64,000 bases of DNA from an uncultured delta proteobacterium (GTDB lineage Bacteria; Myxococcota; Myxococcia; Myxococcales; Myxococcaceae): positions 384,001 to 448,000 of the forward strand of contig CAWCKH010000004.1 in NCBI GenBank assembly GCA_963796055.1. The letters run 5' to 3'. Both the position numbers and the translations under genes were made by a program. Shown here one piece after another: positions 20,731-29,122 of this stretch. Position 1 is the stretch's first letter, and each line of letters begins with the position of its first letter. Below the pieces are notes generated by a model. That model was not told the DNA's origin. It worked only from the letters and a program-made list of their open reading frames with translations, and did no database searches.

Positions 20731-20924
20731 CGCAGGTCTCCTTCTCCTGGAAGGGGTACCACGAACGCCGAGGTCGAATTTCGTTTCGCCCCGAGCCCAC
20801 CAGTGAGCTGTTGGATGACGACCAGGTCTCAGCCGTGACGGCGCATGAAGCCCCCGGCATGGGCGAGCGCCTCCCGGCCGGCGGCGTCGATCTCGGTCGG
20901 AACCATGGGCCTCCCCCGTCGCGG

Positions 20925-22982
20925 TCAGCGGGTCCGGATCTCCTCCACCAGACGCCCCGCCCCGTACACCTTTTCCAGCCCCTCGAGTATCGCCTGTCCG
21001 TGGAGGGCCACCGCCCGGTTCGTCGCCGCGTCGTACCCATAATCGCCACCCAGCGAGCCCCGGTTCCCGTCGAAGATCAGCGCCACCACCTCGCCGTTCC
21101 GGTTGATGAGCGGCGAGCCCGAGTTCCCGCCGATGATGTCGTTGGTCGTCGCGATGTCGAACGGCATCTCCGGATCGAGCTTCGGCCGGGCGGCGAGCCA
21201 GGTGGGCGTGACCGCGAACGGGAACTGCCCGGTGTTCCGGGCATAGAGCCCCGAGAGGCGCGTCATGGCGGGGATCTGCTTCCCGGACTCGGTCCAGCCC
21301 GAGAAGGTGCCGTAGGACAGGCGCAGGGTGAGCGTTGCGTCCGGGTAGCTCGAGGTCCCCCTGACCGCCACCGCCGCCTGGAAGAGCAGCTCACCATTGC
21401 GCGCGAGCGCTCCCTCCACGCGATTCTCGTGCTCCTTGCGGATGGCGCGGGCCTGAGGGTCCATCCGCCGCGCCAGCGCGATCATCGGATCCTTCGACGC
21501 GGCAACGGCCGCGGCCCCACCCCTCCAGAGCGCCTGGCGCACCTTCGGATCATCGAGCCGCGTGCCGTCGACCGCCTCCCGGGCGACGTCCTCCGGGCTT
21601 CGCTTCCCGATCGCCGCCTGCACCAGCGGGTCCTCGGGGCCGAAGGTGTCCCGGAGGCTCCGCAGCGCGAAGGTGACCAGCACCCGCTCCAGCGACCGGG
21701 GAACCGGCACCGGACGGAGCACCCGCGTCTCCAGCGAGGGCAGACGCGCGTCACCATACTCGCGCAGCCGCTCCGGCGAGGGCTTCGGCCGCTCCTCCGC
21801 AGCACGCACCAGCAGTCTCGCGTACTCGAACAGGTCCGACGGGATGCCGCTCTTCGACTCGGCCAGCTCGTACCGGACGAAGATCTCCCGCTCCGCCTGG
21901 ACCGCCTGCGCGATGCCCGACCAGGCTCCCCCGAAGCGCGCCTCCTTCGCCGGATCCTTCTTCACCGCGGCCCGGAGCTCGGCGTCCTCGGTCTGCTTGC
22001 GCTCGAAGTTGGCGGGATCGGCCAGCCAGGCGCGACGGCCGCCGAGCGCCTTCAGGCCGTTCTCCACGGTGCGGATGTGCGCCCGGCTGATGCGGAAGAG
22101 CTCGGGACTCCCCCCGGAGAACTGGAGGAGCGTCCCCCGGAGCTCGGCCAGCCGGACCAGGATCCAGGGGAGGACCACGTCGCGCTGCAGCGCCAGCTGC
22201 TCGATGGTCTGCACCCGCTCGGTGCCACCCGGATTGCCGGCGGCGAAGACCAGGTCGCCCTCGCGTGCCGGGCTCGCCGCCCAGGGGAGCGCGTCCGGGG
22301 TGCCGACCGGCGCATCGTTCTCGTAGACGCGCAGGAAGCCGACGTCGAAGCCGTAGCGCGGAAAGTCGAAGTTGTCCGCGTAGCCCCCGAACGCCGCCAT
22401 GGGAAACTCGGGCGCAAAGACCAGGCGCACGTCCTGAAACCGGCGGTAGGTGTAGAGCTGGTACTTGCCGCCGTGGAAGAGGTTCACCACGTCGCAGCGC
22501 CGGTGGGGGCCGGTGGCGCACGCTCCCTCGATGCGCGCACTCTCCTGCCGGAGCGCGGTCGCGAACGCGTCTCCTTCCTTCCCCGCCGTCGCGGCGCGGA
22601 TGCGGTCGGTCACGTCGGTGATCGACACCAGCTGGTTGGCCTCGATGCTGGCGCAGCGGCGCTCGTCCTTCTGGCCCGCGGCGAAGAAGCCCTTCGCCAG
22701 ATGGTCGTCCCTGGAGGTCGACAGGTCCTGGACGCACTCGCGAACGCAGTGGTGGTTGGTCATCACCAGCCCGTGTGTGGAGACGAAGCTGGCGGAACAG
22801 CCGCCCGCCAGGCGGACCGCCCCGAGCCGGACCTTGTCCAGCCACTGCTGGGAGGGACCAAATCCGTACTGGGACTGAACCCTGGCCGAGGGGAAATCGT
22901 TCACCAGCCACATGCCCTCGTCGCCAAGAGCGGGGGATGCACTCGCCAGGGCGAGCAGCAGGATGGGGACGGGTCGAGTCAC
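20925..22982 (-). CDS. S46-family dipeptidyl peptidase (DPP7/DAP BII-like)
   Basis: Signal peptide then DEGMW; GGCSASFVS, TNHHC, GNPGGT, YPDATLTLRLSYG, DIIGGNSGSP, FDGN. Confidence 0.95.
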   Translation of the reverse strand: MTRPVPILLLALASASPALGDEGMWLVNDFPSARVQSQYGFGPSQQWLDKVRLGAVRLAGGCSASFVSTHGLVMTNHHCVRECVQDLSTSRDDHLAKGFFAAGQKDERRCASIEANQLVSITDVTDRIRAATAGKEGDAFATALRQESARIEGACATGPHRRCDVVNLFHGGKYQLYTYRRFQDVRLVFAPEFPMAAFGGYADNFDFPRYGFDVGFLRVYENDAPVGTPDALPWAASPAREGDLVFAAGNPGGTERVQTIEQLALQRDVVLPWILVRLAELRGTLLQFSGGSPELFRISRAHIRTVENGLKALGGRRAWLADPANFERKQTEDAELRAAVKKDPAKEARFGGAWSGIAQAVQAEREIFVRYELAESKSGIPSDLFEYARLLVRAAEERPKPSPERLREYGDARLPSLETRVLRPVPVPRSLERVLVTFALRSLRDTFGPEDPLVQAAIGKRSPEDVAREAVDGTRLDDPKVRQALWRGGAAAVAASKDPMIALARRMDPQARAIRKEHENRVEGALARNGELLFQAAVAVRGTSSYPDATLTLRLSYGTFSGWTESGKQIPAMTRLSGLYARNTGQFPFAVTPTWLAARPKLDPEMPFDIATTNDIIGGNSGSPLINRNGEVVALIFDGNRGSLGGDYGYDAATNRAVALHGQAILEGLEKVYGAGRLVEEIRTR

Positions 22983-23074
22983 GACCCGGCGCTCTACCCC
23001 GGTCCGTCCGCCATCACAGCAGAGAAGTGGCAAACGGCGGCGAGGACGCCGGGGCGCCCTGTACAGTGCGGCCC

Positions 23075-24658
23075 ATGCGTCCTTCCGCTGCCCTGTGGCT
23101 CGCCCTGACGCTCACCCCCCTCGCCTCCTTCGGCGCCCCGGCGACCCCTCGGGACGTCGCGACACTCTTCTCGCAGTGGCGCGAGTTCCAGCGGCCGCTC
23201 CGCGTGGGCGGGGTCCCGGACTACTCGGCGAAGACGATGGCCGCCCAGGCCCGCGCGCTCAGGAGCTGGCGCTCCCGCGTCGATGCGCTCGACCTCTCCG
23301 GCGCACCGCTCCCTCTGCGGAACGACGTGCGGCTCATCCGGGCCGAGATGAACGGGCTCGATTTCGATCACCGCGTCCTCAGCCCGTGGACCCGGGACCC
23401 GGCGTTCTACGTCACCATCTTCGACGAGCAGTCGGACCAGCCGGCCCGGGAAGCCGAGTGGGCCGACGCGGCCGTGGAGCTGTGGGCACTCCAGTTCCCA
23501 CTCTCGGCCGACGCCGAGCGCGAGCTGCTCGCCGGCCTCGGCGCCGTCCCGCCCCTGCTCGCCCAGGCAAGGAAGAACCTCACTGGCAAGGGCAAGGACC
23601 TCTGGGGGATGGCCAGCGGCCCCATCCGCGCGCAGGCGGAGGCGCTCTCCGCGCTCGCACCCAAGGTGGCCTCGAACGCCGCGCTCTCCGCCGCAGTGAA
23701 ATCGGCGCTCGAAGCCACCGAGGGTTACCGCCACTGGGTCGAGCAGCAGGCTGCGACCAAGACCGGACCCTCCGGCGTGGGTGTCGCCAACTACGACTGG
23801 TACCTCGCCAACGCCGCGCTCGTCCCCTACAGCCACGCCCAGCTGGTGACGCTCATGGAGCGCGAGCTCGCCCGTGCCCGCGCCACGCTCGCCGCCGAGG
23901 AGCTGAAGAACCGCGCCCTTCCCCCGCTGCTGCCGGCGACCACCGTCCAGGAGCACCAGCGCCGCTTCGATGACGCGTTCAAGACCTGGGTCCGCTTCCT
24001 CCGGGAGAACGACTTCATCACCTGGGAAGACTGGATGGAGCCGGCGCTCGCAACGCTTCCCGGAGGCTTCGACCCCAGGCCGCCACTGGAATTCTTTGCC
24101 GAGGTGGAGGCCCGAGATCCGCTCCTCCTTCGACTGCACATGTGGCACTTCCTGGACCTCGGGATGCTGGCCCACCACCCGCCGGCCGACCCGGTCCGCG
24201 CGCGCCCGGCGCTCTACAACATCTTCGCCACCCGCACCGAGGGTTTCGCCACCGCGATCGAGGAGCTGATGATGCACGCGGGTCTGTTCGAGGGTCGGCC
24301 CCGCTCGCGCGAGCTGGTGTACGTGATGCTCGGGCAGCGGGCGGCGCGCGCGCTCGGGGACCTCCGGATGCACGCCAACACCTGGACCCTCGAGCAGGCC
24401 AGCGAGTTCGCCTCGCGCGAGACCCCGCGGGGCTGGCTCCGCCTCGACGGGCGCACCGTCCGCGGCGAGCAGCACCTCTTTCTGCGCCGGCCGAGCTACG
24501 GGACGAGCTACATCGTCGGGAAGCAGATGACGGACGAGCTCATCGCCTCGATGTCGAAGAATGGGCCGCTACCGATGAAGGCGCTGCTCGACGGCCTCGA
24601 TCGCACGGGGCTCATGCCCATGTCCCTGGTCGCCCAGGAGCTCGCTCCGCAGCGGTGA
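23075..24658 (+). CDS. Secreted DUF885-family protein (putative metallopeptidase-like)
   Basis: Signal peptide; W..DP.FY, TEGFATAIEE, RAARALGDL.MH, P.YGTSY.VGK. Confidence 0.75.
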   Translation: MRPSAALWLALTLTPLASFGAPATPRDVATLFSQWREFQRPLRVGGVPDYSAKTMAAQARALRSWRSRVDALDLSGAPLPLRNDVRLIRAEMNGLDFDHRVLSPWTRDPAFYVTIFDEQSDQPAREAEWADAAVELWALQFPLSADAERELLAGLGAVPPLLAQARKNLTGKGKDLWGMASGPIRAQAEALSALAPKVASNAALSAAVKSALEATEGYRHWVEQQAATKTGPSGVGVANYDWYLANAALVPYSHAQLVTLMERELARARATLAAEELKNRALPPLLPATTVQEHQRRFDDAFKTWVRFLRENDFITWEDWMEPALATLPGGFDPRPPLEFFAEVEARDPLLLRLHMWHFLDLGMLAHHPPADPVRARPALYNIFATRTEGFATAIEELMMHAGLFEGRPRSRELVYVMLGQRAARALGDLRMHANTWTLEQASEFASRETPRGWLRLDGRTVRGEQHLFLRRPSYGTSYIVGKQMTDELIASMSKNGPLPMKALLDGLDRTGLMPMSLVAQELAPQR

Positions 24659-24687
24659 CGCCATGAAACCTCCCGGGGCAGTGCGGA

Positions 24688-24707
24688 TCCCCGCGGATCC
24701 GCGGGGA
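24688..24707. terminator. Perfect 20-bp palindrome TCCCCGCGGATCCGCGGGGA between convergent genes
   Basis: The sequence equals its own reverse complement and lies between the DUF885 and dodecin stop codons. No U-tract is present. Confidence 0.4.
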
Positions 24708-24725
24708 GGCCCCCCCGGTGCTTGC

Positions 24726-24941
24726 TCAGTCCTTGCCTCCGTACTTGAAGGACACCTTCACCTTGACCCGGTACGCGCGGACCTTGCCCCCCTCGATCTG
24801 CATGTCCAGCTGCGATACCTCCGCAATGCGCAGATCGCGCAGGCTCTTGGAGGCCTTGCCGATCGCGGCAGTTGCCGCCTTCTCCCATGATTCCGTGCTG
24901 GTACCGATCAGCTCGATCACCTTGTAGACACTCTCGGCCAT
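24726..24941 (-). CDS. Dodecin-family protein
   Basis: MAESVYKVIELIGTSTESWEKAA..A...A..SLRDLRIAEV..LD...YRVKVKVSFKY; AGGAGG RBS. Confidence 0.92.
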   Translation of the reverse strand: MAESVYKVIELIGTSTESWEKAATAAIGKASKSLRDLRIAEVSQLDMQIEGGKVRAYRVKVKVSFKYGGKD

Positions 24942-25107
24942 GAGGTCCTCCTGATCCCTGGTTCGGACCCGGCACAAGACAGCGGGGAGCCGGGAAACGT
25001 CAAGGGCGAGGGCGCGCGGGCATCGAGTCGCTCGCCTCCTCCCGCTCTTGCCTCTCTGCGCGTGGCAGCCTTGACTGCGAATCGACCGATCCGGTGGAGG
25101 AGCGTCG

Positions 25108-25761
25108 ATGGACCCGATCGTCTTCGTGCAGGAGCTCGAAGCCTTCAAGGCCGAGCGGCTCACGCCCATCGTCGGGGCGGGCCGGACATCGCTGGCGGAA
25201 GGGGCGCCCGGCGACGCGAAGAAGATGCTGCAGGTTGCGCTGGCCAACGAGATCAGCGTCAGCGAGCTGGCCGCGGCGTGGATGCCGACCACGTCGGAGA
25301 TCGACGTGAAGCTCGCGTTCGCTCGGCAGGCTGGAGACGAGGCCGGGCACTTTCAGCTCGTCGCCGAGCGGCTCACGGCTCTCGGGTTCGACGTCACCGG
25401 ATTCCGGACGCCGGGCGAGAGCCCGCTCTTTCAGTACCTGAAGGGCCTCTCCACCACGGTGGAGCGAATCGCCGCGGGGCTGTTCACGCTGGAGTCCATC
25501 GCCCACGCGGTCAACGAGAACTTCATGACCTTCTGTGAGCGACGCGGCGACGCAGAGACGGTCCGGATCTATCGCGAGTACATCCAGCCCGACGAGCGCG
25601 CCCACCAGCAGCTCGGCCAGCGGCTCCTCGCGAAGTACGCGACCACACCGGAGCTTCAACAGGCTGCCTGGAGCGCGGTGGGCAGGGTTCTCGAGATCGC
25701 CGCGGACGCTCGCAACCAGGCGGCTCAGCGGATGGGCACCGCCAGCTTCCCGGGGTGCTGA
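25108..25761 (+). CDS. Ferritin-like di-iron carboxylate protein
   Basis: Four-helix ligand pattern ANE...DEAGH...LE...DERAH; GGAGG RBS. Confidence 0.8.
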   Translation: MDPIVFVQELEAFKAERLTPIVGAGRTSLAEGAPGDAKKMLQVALANEISVSELAAAWMPTTSEIDVKLAFARQAGDEAGHFQLVAERLTALGFDVTGFRTPGESPLFQYLKGLSTTVERIAAGLFTLESIAHAVNENFMTFCERRGDAETVRIYREYIQPDERAHQQLGQRLLAKYATTPELQQAAWSAVGRVLEIAADARNQAAQRMGTASFPGC

Positions 25762-25767
25762 GCGCGC

Positions 25768-26769
25768 CTACTCCTTCGAGGCTCCCGGCACGACGACCGC
25801 CACCCGGTTCACCCCGCTGCAGGCCAGATAGAGCTGGCCCTGCGGAGTGGCGACCATGTTCCGGACCACTCCGCCTCCCGAGGGGATGGGAGTGGACTTG
25901 AAGCGCTTCGTCGCCGGATTGAAACGCACCACGGTGTTGGGCTGCACTCCCGATTCGCTGTACCAGACCGACCCATCGGCGGTGCTGGCGATGCCGTAAG
26001 GCCTGGACTGCGGGCCACCCGGTGAGGGCCACTCCTCGACCTTGCTCGACCTGGGATTGAGGCGCCCCAGCATCCCCCGCGCGTAGTCGGAGTAGTAGAG
26101 CGTGCCGTCCGAGGCGAGGGCGATGCGGCGCGGCCGGGCGCCTTGCGGAAGGGTGAACTCACGAACGGCCATCGTGGCCGGATCGACGCGTCCGATCTTG
26201 TTGGCTCCGAACTCGCAGAAGTACGGAGCGCCGTCGGCGCCGATGACCATCCCGTAGGGGACGGCATCCGCGGTGGGCACGTCCACGAATCGGGTCGTCC
26301 CGCTCTTCGGATCGAGGCGACCGATGAGGTTGGACTGCTGCACCGTGAACCAGAGGATCCCTGCCGAATCGAACACCGGTGTGTGCGGGTCGCGAGGCCT
26401 CGGGTCGCTCCATCGGTACTCCCGGACCTTGCCCGTCCGGGGGTCGAGCTGACCGACGTAGCCCTTGTAGCTGGCCGTGAACCAGACCGTTCCCGCTCTG
26501 TCGACCACCAGCCCATGCGGGCCGGAATCCGGGGTGGTGAGCGGGTATTCGCGAAACTCGCCGCTCGCGACGTCCAGGCGTCCAAGCTTGTTGGCCTTCT
26601 GCTCGGTCGTCCACAGCGCCCCGTCGGGAGCAAAAGCCGGATCGTGTGGGAACGCGCTCGCGGTTGGAACAGGAAACTCGCGGATCTCGATCTGAGACGC
26701 CTTCGCAAAGGCCGCCGTGGCGACCGTGACGGCGCCAAGAAGGCCTGCCCATGCCATTGCCCGCTTCAT
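25768..26769 (-). CDS. Secreted Vgb (virginiamycin B lyase)-like beta-propeller protein
   Basis: Signal peptide; repeated PHD/PHG/PHT/PYG...DG.LW/VW blades. Confidence 0.88.
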   Translation of the reverse strand: MKRAMAWAGLLGAVTVATAAFAKASQIEIREFPVPTASAFPHDPAFAPDGALWTTEQKANKLGRLDVASGEFREYPLTTPDSGPHGLVVDRAGTVWFTASYKGYVGQLDPRTGKVREYRWSDPRPRDPHTPVFDSAGILWFTVQQSNLIGRLDPKSGTTRFVDVPTADAVPYGMVIGADGAPYFCEFGANKIGRVDPATMAVREFTLPQGARPRRIALASDGTLYYSDYARGMLGRLNPRSSKVEEWPSPGGPQSRPYGIASTADGSVWYSESGVQPNTVVRFNPATKRFKSTPIPSGGGVVRNMVATPQGQLYLACSGVNRVAVVVPGASKE

Positions 26770-26877
26770 CCACGAAAGAATAGGCACCCGCTGACGCTCC
26801 GGCCACTGCGGCGGCAGGTGCCAGACGCTTCGTGACCCGGTTCCCGCCTCGTCATGCCGCCGTGCCAGCATGCGCGC

Positions 26878-28032
26878 ATGCCCTTCGACGAATCGCGGCG
26901 TCAGTTGCTCGTCGGCTCCGCGGCACTCACTGCCGCCCTCGTCGCCCCGCCCGTTGCAGCCGGCTCCCCGCCCGCGCGCGGTCTTCGCGCCGCTCTCGTC
27001 GTCGGTGGAATCCCGGACGACGGTGCCGAGCTCATCCGGTGCGCGGAGTGGATGAGGGCCCAGCACGCGGTCTCCGACATGTACGGCCAGGCCGAGTGGA
27101 TCCAGGCCTTCGAGACGAAGGTCGCCCGGCTGCTTGGGTTCGAGGCGGGATGCTTCTTCCCCACCGGGACCATGTCGCAGCTCATCGCGCTCCGGCTCCT
27201 CGCCGCACGCACGGGCGCACGAACCATCGGCCTGCACCCCTCGTCGCACCACCTCCTGCATGAGCACCAGAGCCTCGAGGTCCTTCACGGCCTGAACCCG
27301 ATGGTGATCTCACCGTGGGGTCGGCCGATGCTCGGCGAGGACATCCGACACATCCCCGAGCGGCTCGACGCGGTCTCCGTCGAGCTGCCCGTGCGGTGGC
27401 TCGGCGGCGCGCTTCCCACCTGGGAGCAACTCCAGGACCTCAAGGCGGCGTGCAGGGAGCGCCAGATCGCGCTCCACATGGACGGCGCTCGCCTCTGGGA
27501 ATGCCAGCCCTACTACGGCAAGACGCTGGCCGAGATCTCTCGCGGCTTCGAGAGCGTGTACGTCTCCATGTACAAGACCATCGGCGGGCTTGGCGGTGCG
27601 GTGATCGCCGGATCCACGGCGTTCATCACCGAGCTGCGCATGTGGCGGCGGCGGCACGGCGGGGACGTGGTCCACCTTCACCCCTACGTCGCGTCCGCCG
27701 CGATGCGCCTCGACAAGGCGCTCGCCCGGATCCCGACCTGGGTCGCTCGCGCCCAGCGTCTGGCGGCGACCCTCCGGAAGGACAGTCGGCTCGTCGTCGC
27801 TCCCGACCCGGTCACCACCAACATGTTCCGGGTCCATCTCCGCGGCTCGGCGGACGCGCTCACGGAGCGGCGCGACCGGGTCGCAAAGGAGCGAGGCATC
27901 TGGGTCACCTGGGGGTTCGCGCCCTCACGCGTCCCCGGCTTCGTCGAGTGCGAGTTCCAGCTCGTCGAGGCCTCCGATTCGCTGAGTGACAAAGAGGCCG
28001 CGTCGGCCGTGACCGCAGTGCTCTTGGCCTAG
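26878..28032 (+). CDS. Threonine aldolase / beta-eliminating lyase family PLP enzyme with Tat-like N-terminus
   Basis: FFPTGTMSQ, LHMDGARLWE, SVYVSMYKTIGG (PLP Lys). N-terminus SRRQLLVGSAALTAALVAPPVAA. Confidence 0.88.
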   Translation: MPFDESRRQLLVGSAALTAALVAPPVAAGSPPARGLRAALVVGGIPDDGAELIRCAEWMRAQHAVSDMYGQAEWIQAFETKVARLLGFEAGCFFPTGTMSQLIALRLLAARTGARTIGLHPSSHHLLHEHQSLEVLHGLNPMVISPWGRPMLGEDIRHIPERLDAVSVELPVRWLGGALPTWEQLQDLKAACRERQIALHMDGARLWECQPYYGKTLAEISRGFESVYVSMYKTIGGLGGAVIAGSTAFITELRMWRRRHGGDVVHLHPYVASAAMRLDKALARIPTWVARAQRLAATLRKDSRLVVAPDPVTTNMFRVHLRGSADALTERRDRVAKERGIWVTWGFAPSRVPGFVECEFQLVEASDSLSDKEAASAVTAVLLA

Positions 28033-28044
28033 GCTTCGCGACCC

Positions 28045-28380
28045 ATGTCCGTCCCCGGCCCGCTGTCCTTCCCGGCCCCGGCCGCGCGCCGCCAGGCGCT
28101 CAGCGCGGTGGCACTCGCCTGCGGGGCGGCCCTGGGCGTCGGGGGCGCCACCGCCTGGGGTCTTCCTGGGCCTGCTGCCAATCTGGCCGGCACTCTCCGG
28201 CCGGGGGCGCCCGTGGGGAGCGCTCGACCTGGCCGCCCTGGCCGTGACCGCTCCATCACGCTCCTCTTCGCCGTGGTCAGCGTTCCCTGGATGGACCAGC
28301 GCATGCGCTCGCACCACCCGGAGTGGGCGACGCGGATGCGGGCGACGTCGGCCCTCATCCCCTGGCCACGCCGGCGCTGA
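28045..28380 (+). pseudogene. Internally deleted remnant of a DUF1295-like (steroid 5-alpha-reductase-like) membrane protein
   Basis: A hydrophobic N-terminal piece is joined to ITLLFAVVSVPWMDQRM...P.W......TSALIPWP, which resembles the DUF1295 C-terminus. Only 111 aa. Confidence 0.5.
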
Positions 28381-28390
28381 GGTTCGTCCC

Positions 28391-28975
28391 ATGAGCGCTC
28401 CCGGCGGTCTCGACCTGACGCTCTATCGACTCCTGAACCACGACTTCGGCCCGGCCGTCGATGCGGCGACGCGGCTCCTGAGCAGCCGCGGCTTCGGCCT
28501 TCTGGCGCTGTCCGCCGTGGTGCTCGGCCTGGTCTTGCGATGTGGCAGAAGAGGCCTCTGGATCGCCCTTTCCCTGCTCTGCTCGCTCGGGCTCACCGAC
28601 CTCCTCGGTGCGCGGCTCCTCAAGCCGCTCTTCACGAGACCGCGGCCGATTGACGTGCTCCCGGCCGGTACGTTCCGCCGGCTGGTCGAGGTGGCCCACG
28701 GTGGGTCGATGCCGAGCCTCCACGCGTCCAACGCCTTCAGCGTCGCCGTCTTCCTGTGGCTCGTCCGGCCATCGCTTGGCGCACCGGCCCTGGTGCTGGC
28801 GACGCTCATCGCGCTGTCCCGGGTCGTGGGCGGAGTCCACTGGCCGAGCGACATCGTGGCCGGGGCGCTGCTGGGGGCGCTGGTGAGCGCGGCCGTCTGG
28901 CTCGGCGTCAACCGCTGGCGCCGTGCGCGGGGACAGCCTGTTCTCCAGGATCTCGTCCGAGAACCTCCACGCTGA
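28391..28975 (+). CDS. PAP2-family membrane phosphatase
   Basis: KPLFTRPRP, PSLH, SRVVGGVHWPSD. Confidence 0.92.
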   Translation: MSAPGGLDLTLYRLLNHDFGPAVDAATRLLSSRGFGLLALSAVVLGLVLRCGRRGLWIALSLLCSLGLTDLLGARLLKPLFTRPRPIDVLPAGTFRRLVEVAHGGSMPSLHASNAFSVAVFLWLVRPSLGAPALVLATLIALSRVVGGVHWPSDIVAGALLGALVSAAVWLGVNRWRRARGQPVLQDLVREPPR

Positions 28976-29122
28976 GGGCGGGCTTCGAGGGGCGCGCGCG
29001 CGGACGCATCCACGGACATTGGGACAACGTGGTTGGTGACGGACCGCCGTTCATCGCAGATCCGAGACCGTTCCCGGATTCGGCTGGCCGGGCTTCCTCG
29101 CAACCGGCTAGGGCCGCCCGCC

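Noticed and set aside
1689..24475. Many long overlapping ORFs (e.g. 1689..4271, 7971..10094, 10940..13192, 20811..23108)
   Set aside because: They are shadow frames of real genes in high-GC DNA, with Arg/Gly/Pro-rich or antisense composition and no motifs.
25108..25761. Encapsulin cargo protein
   Set aside because: There is no LTVGSL-like targeting peptide at the C-terminus and no encapsulin gene in the window.
25768..26769. Streptogramin B resistance gene vgb
   Set aside because: It shows fold-level similarity only and carries a signal peptide; such propellers are widespread without a resistance function.
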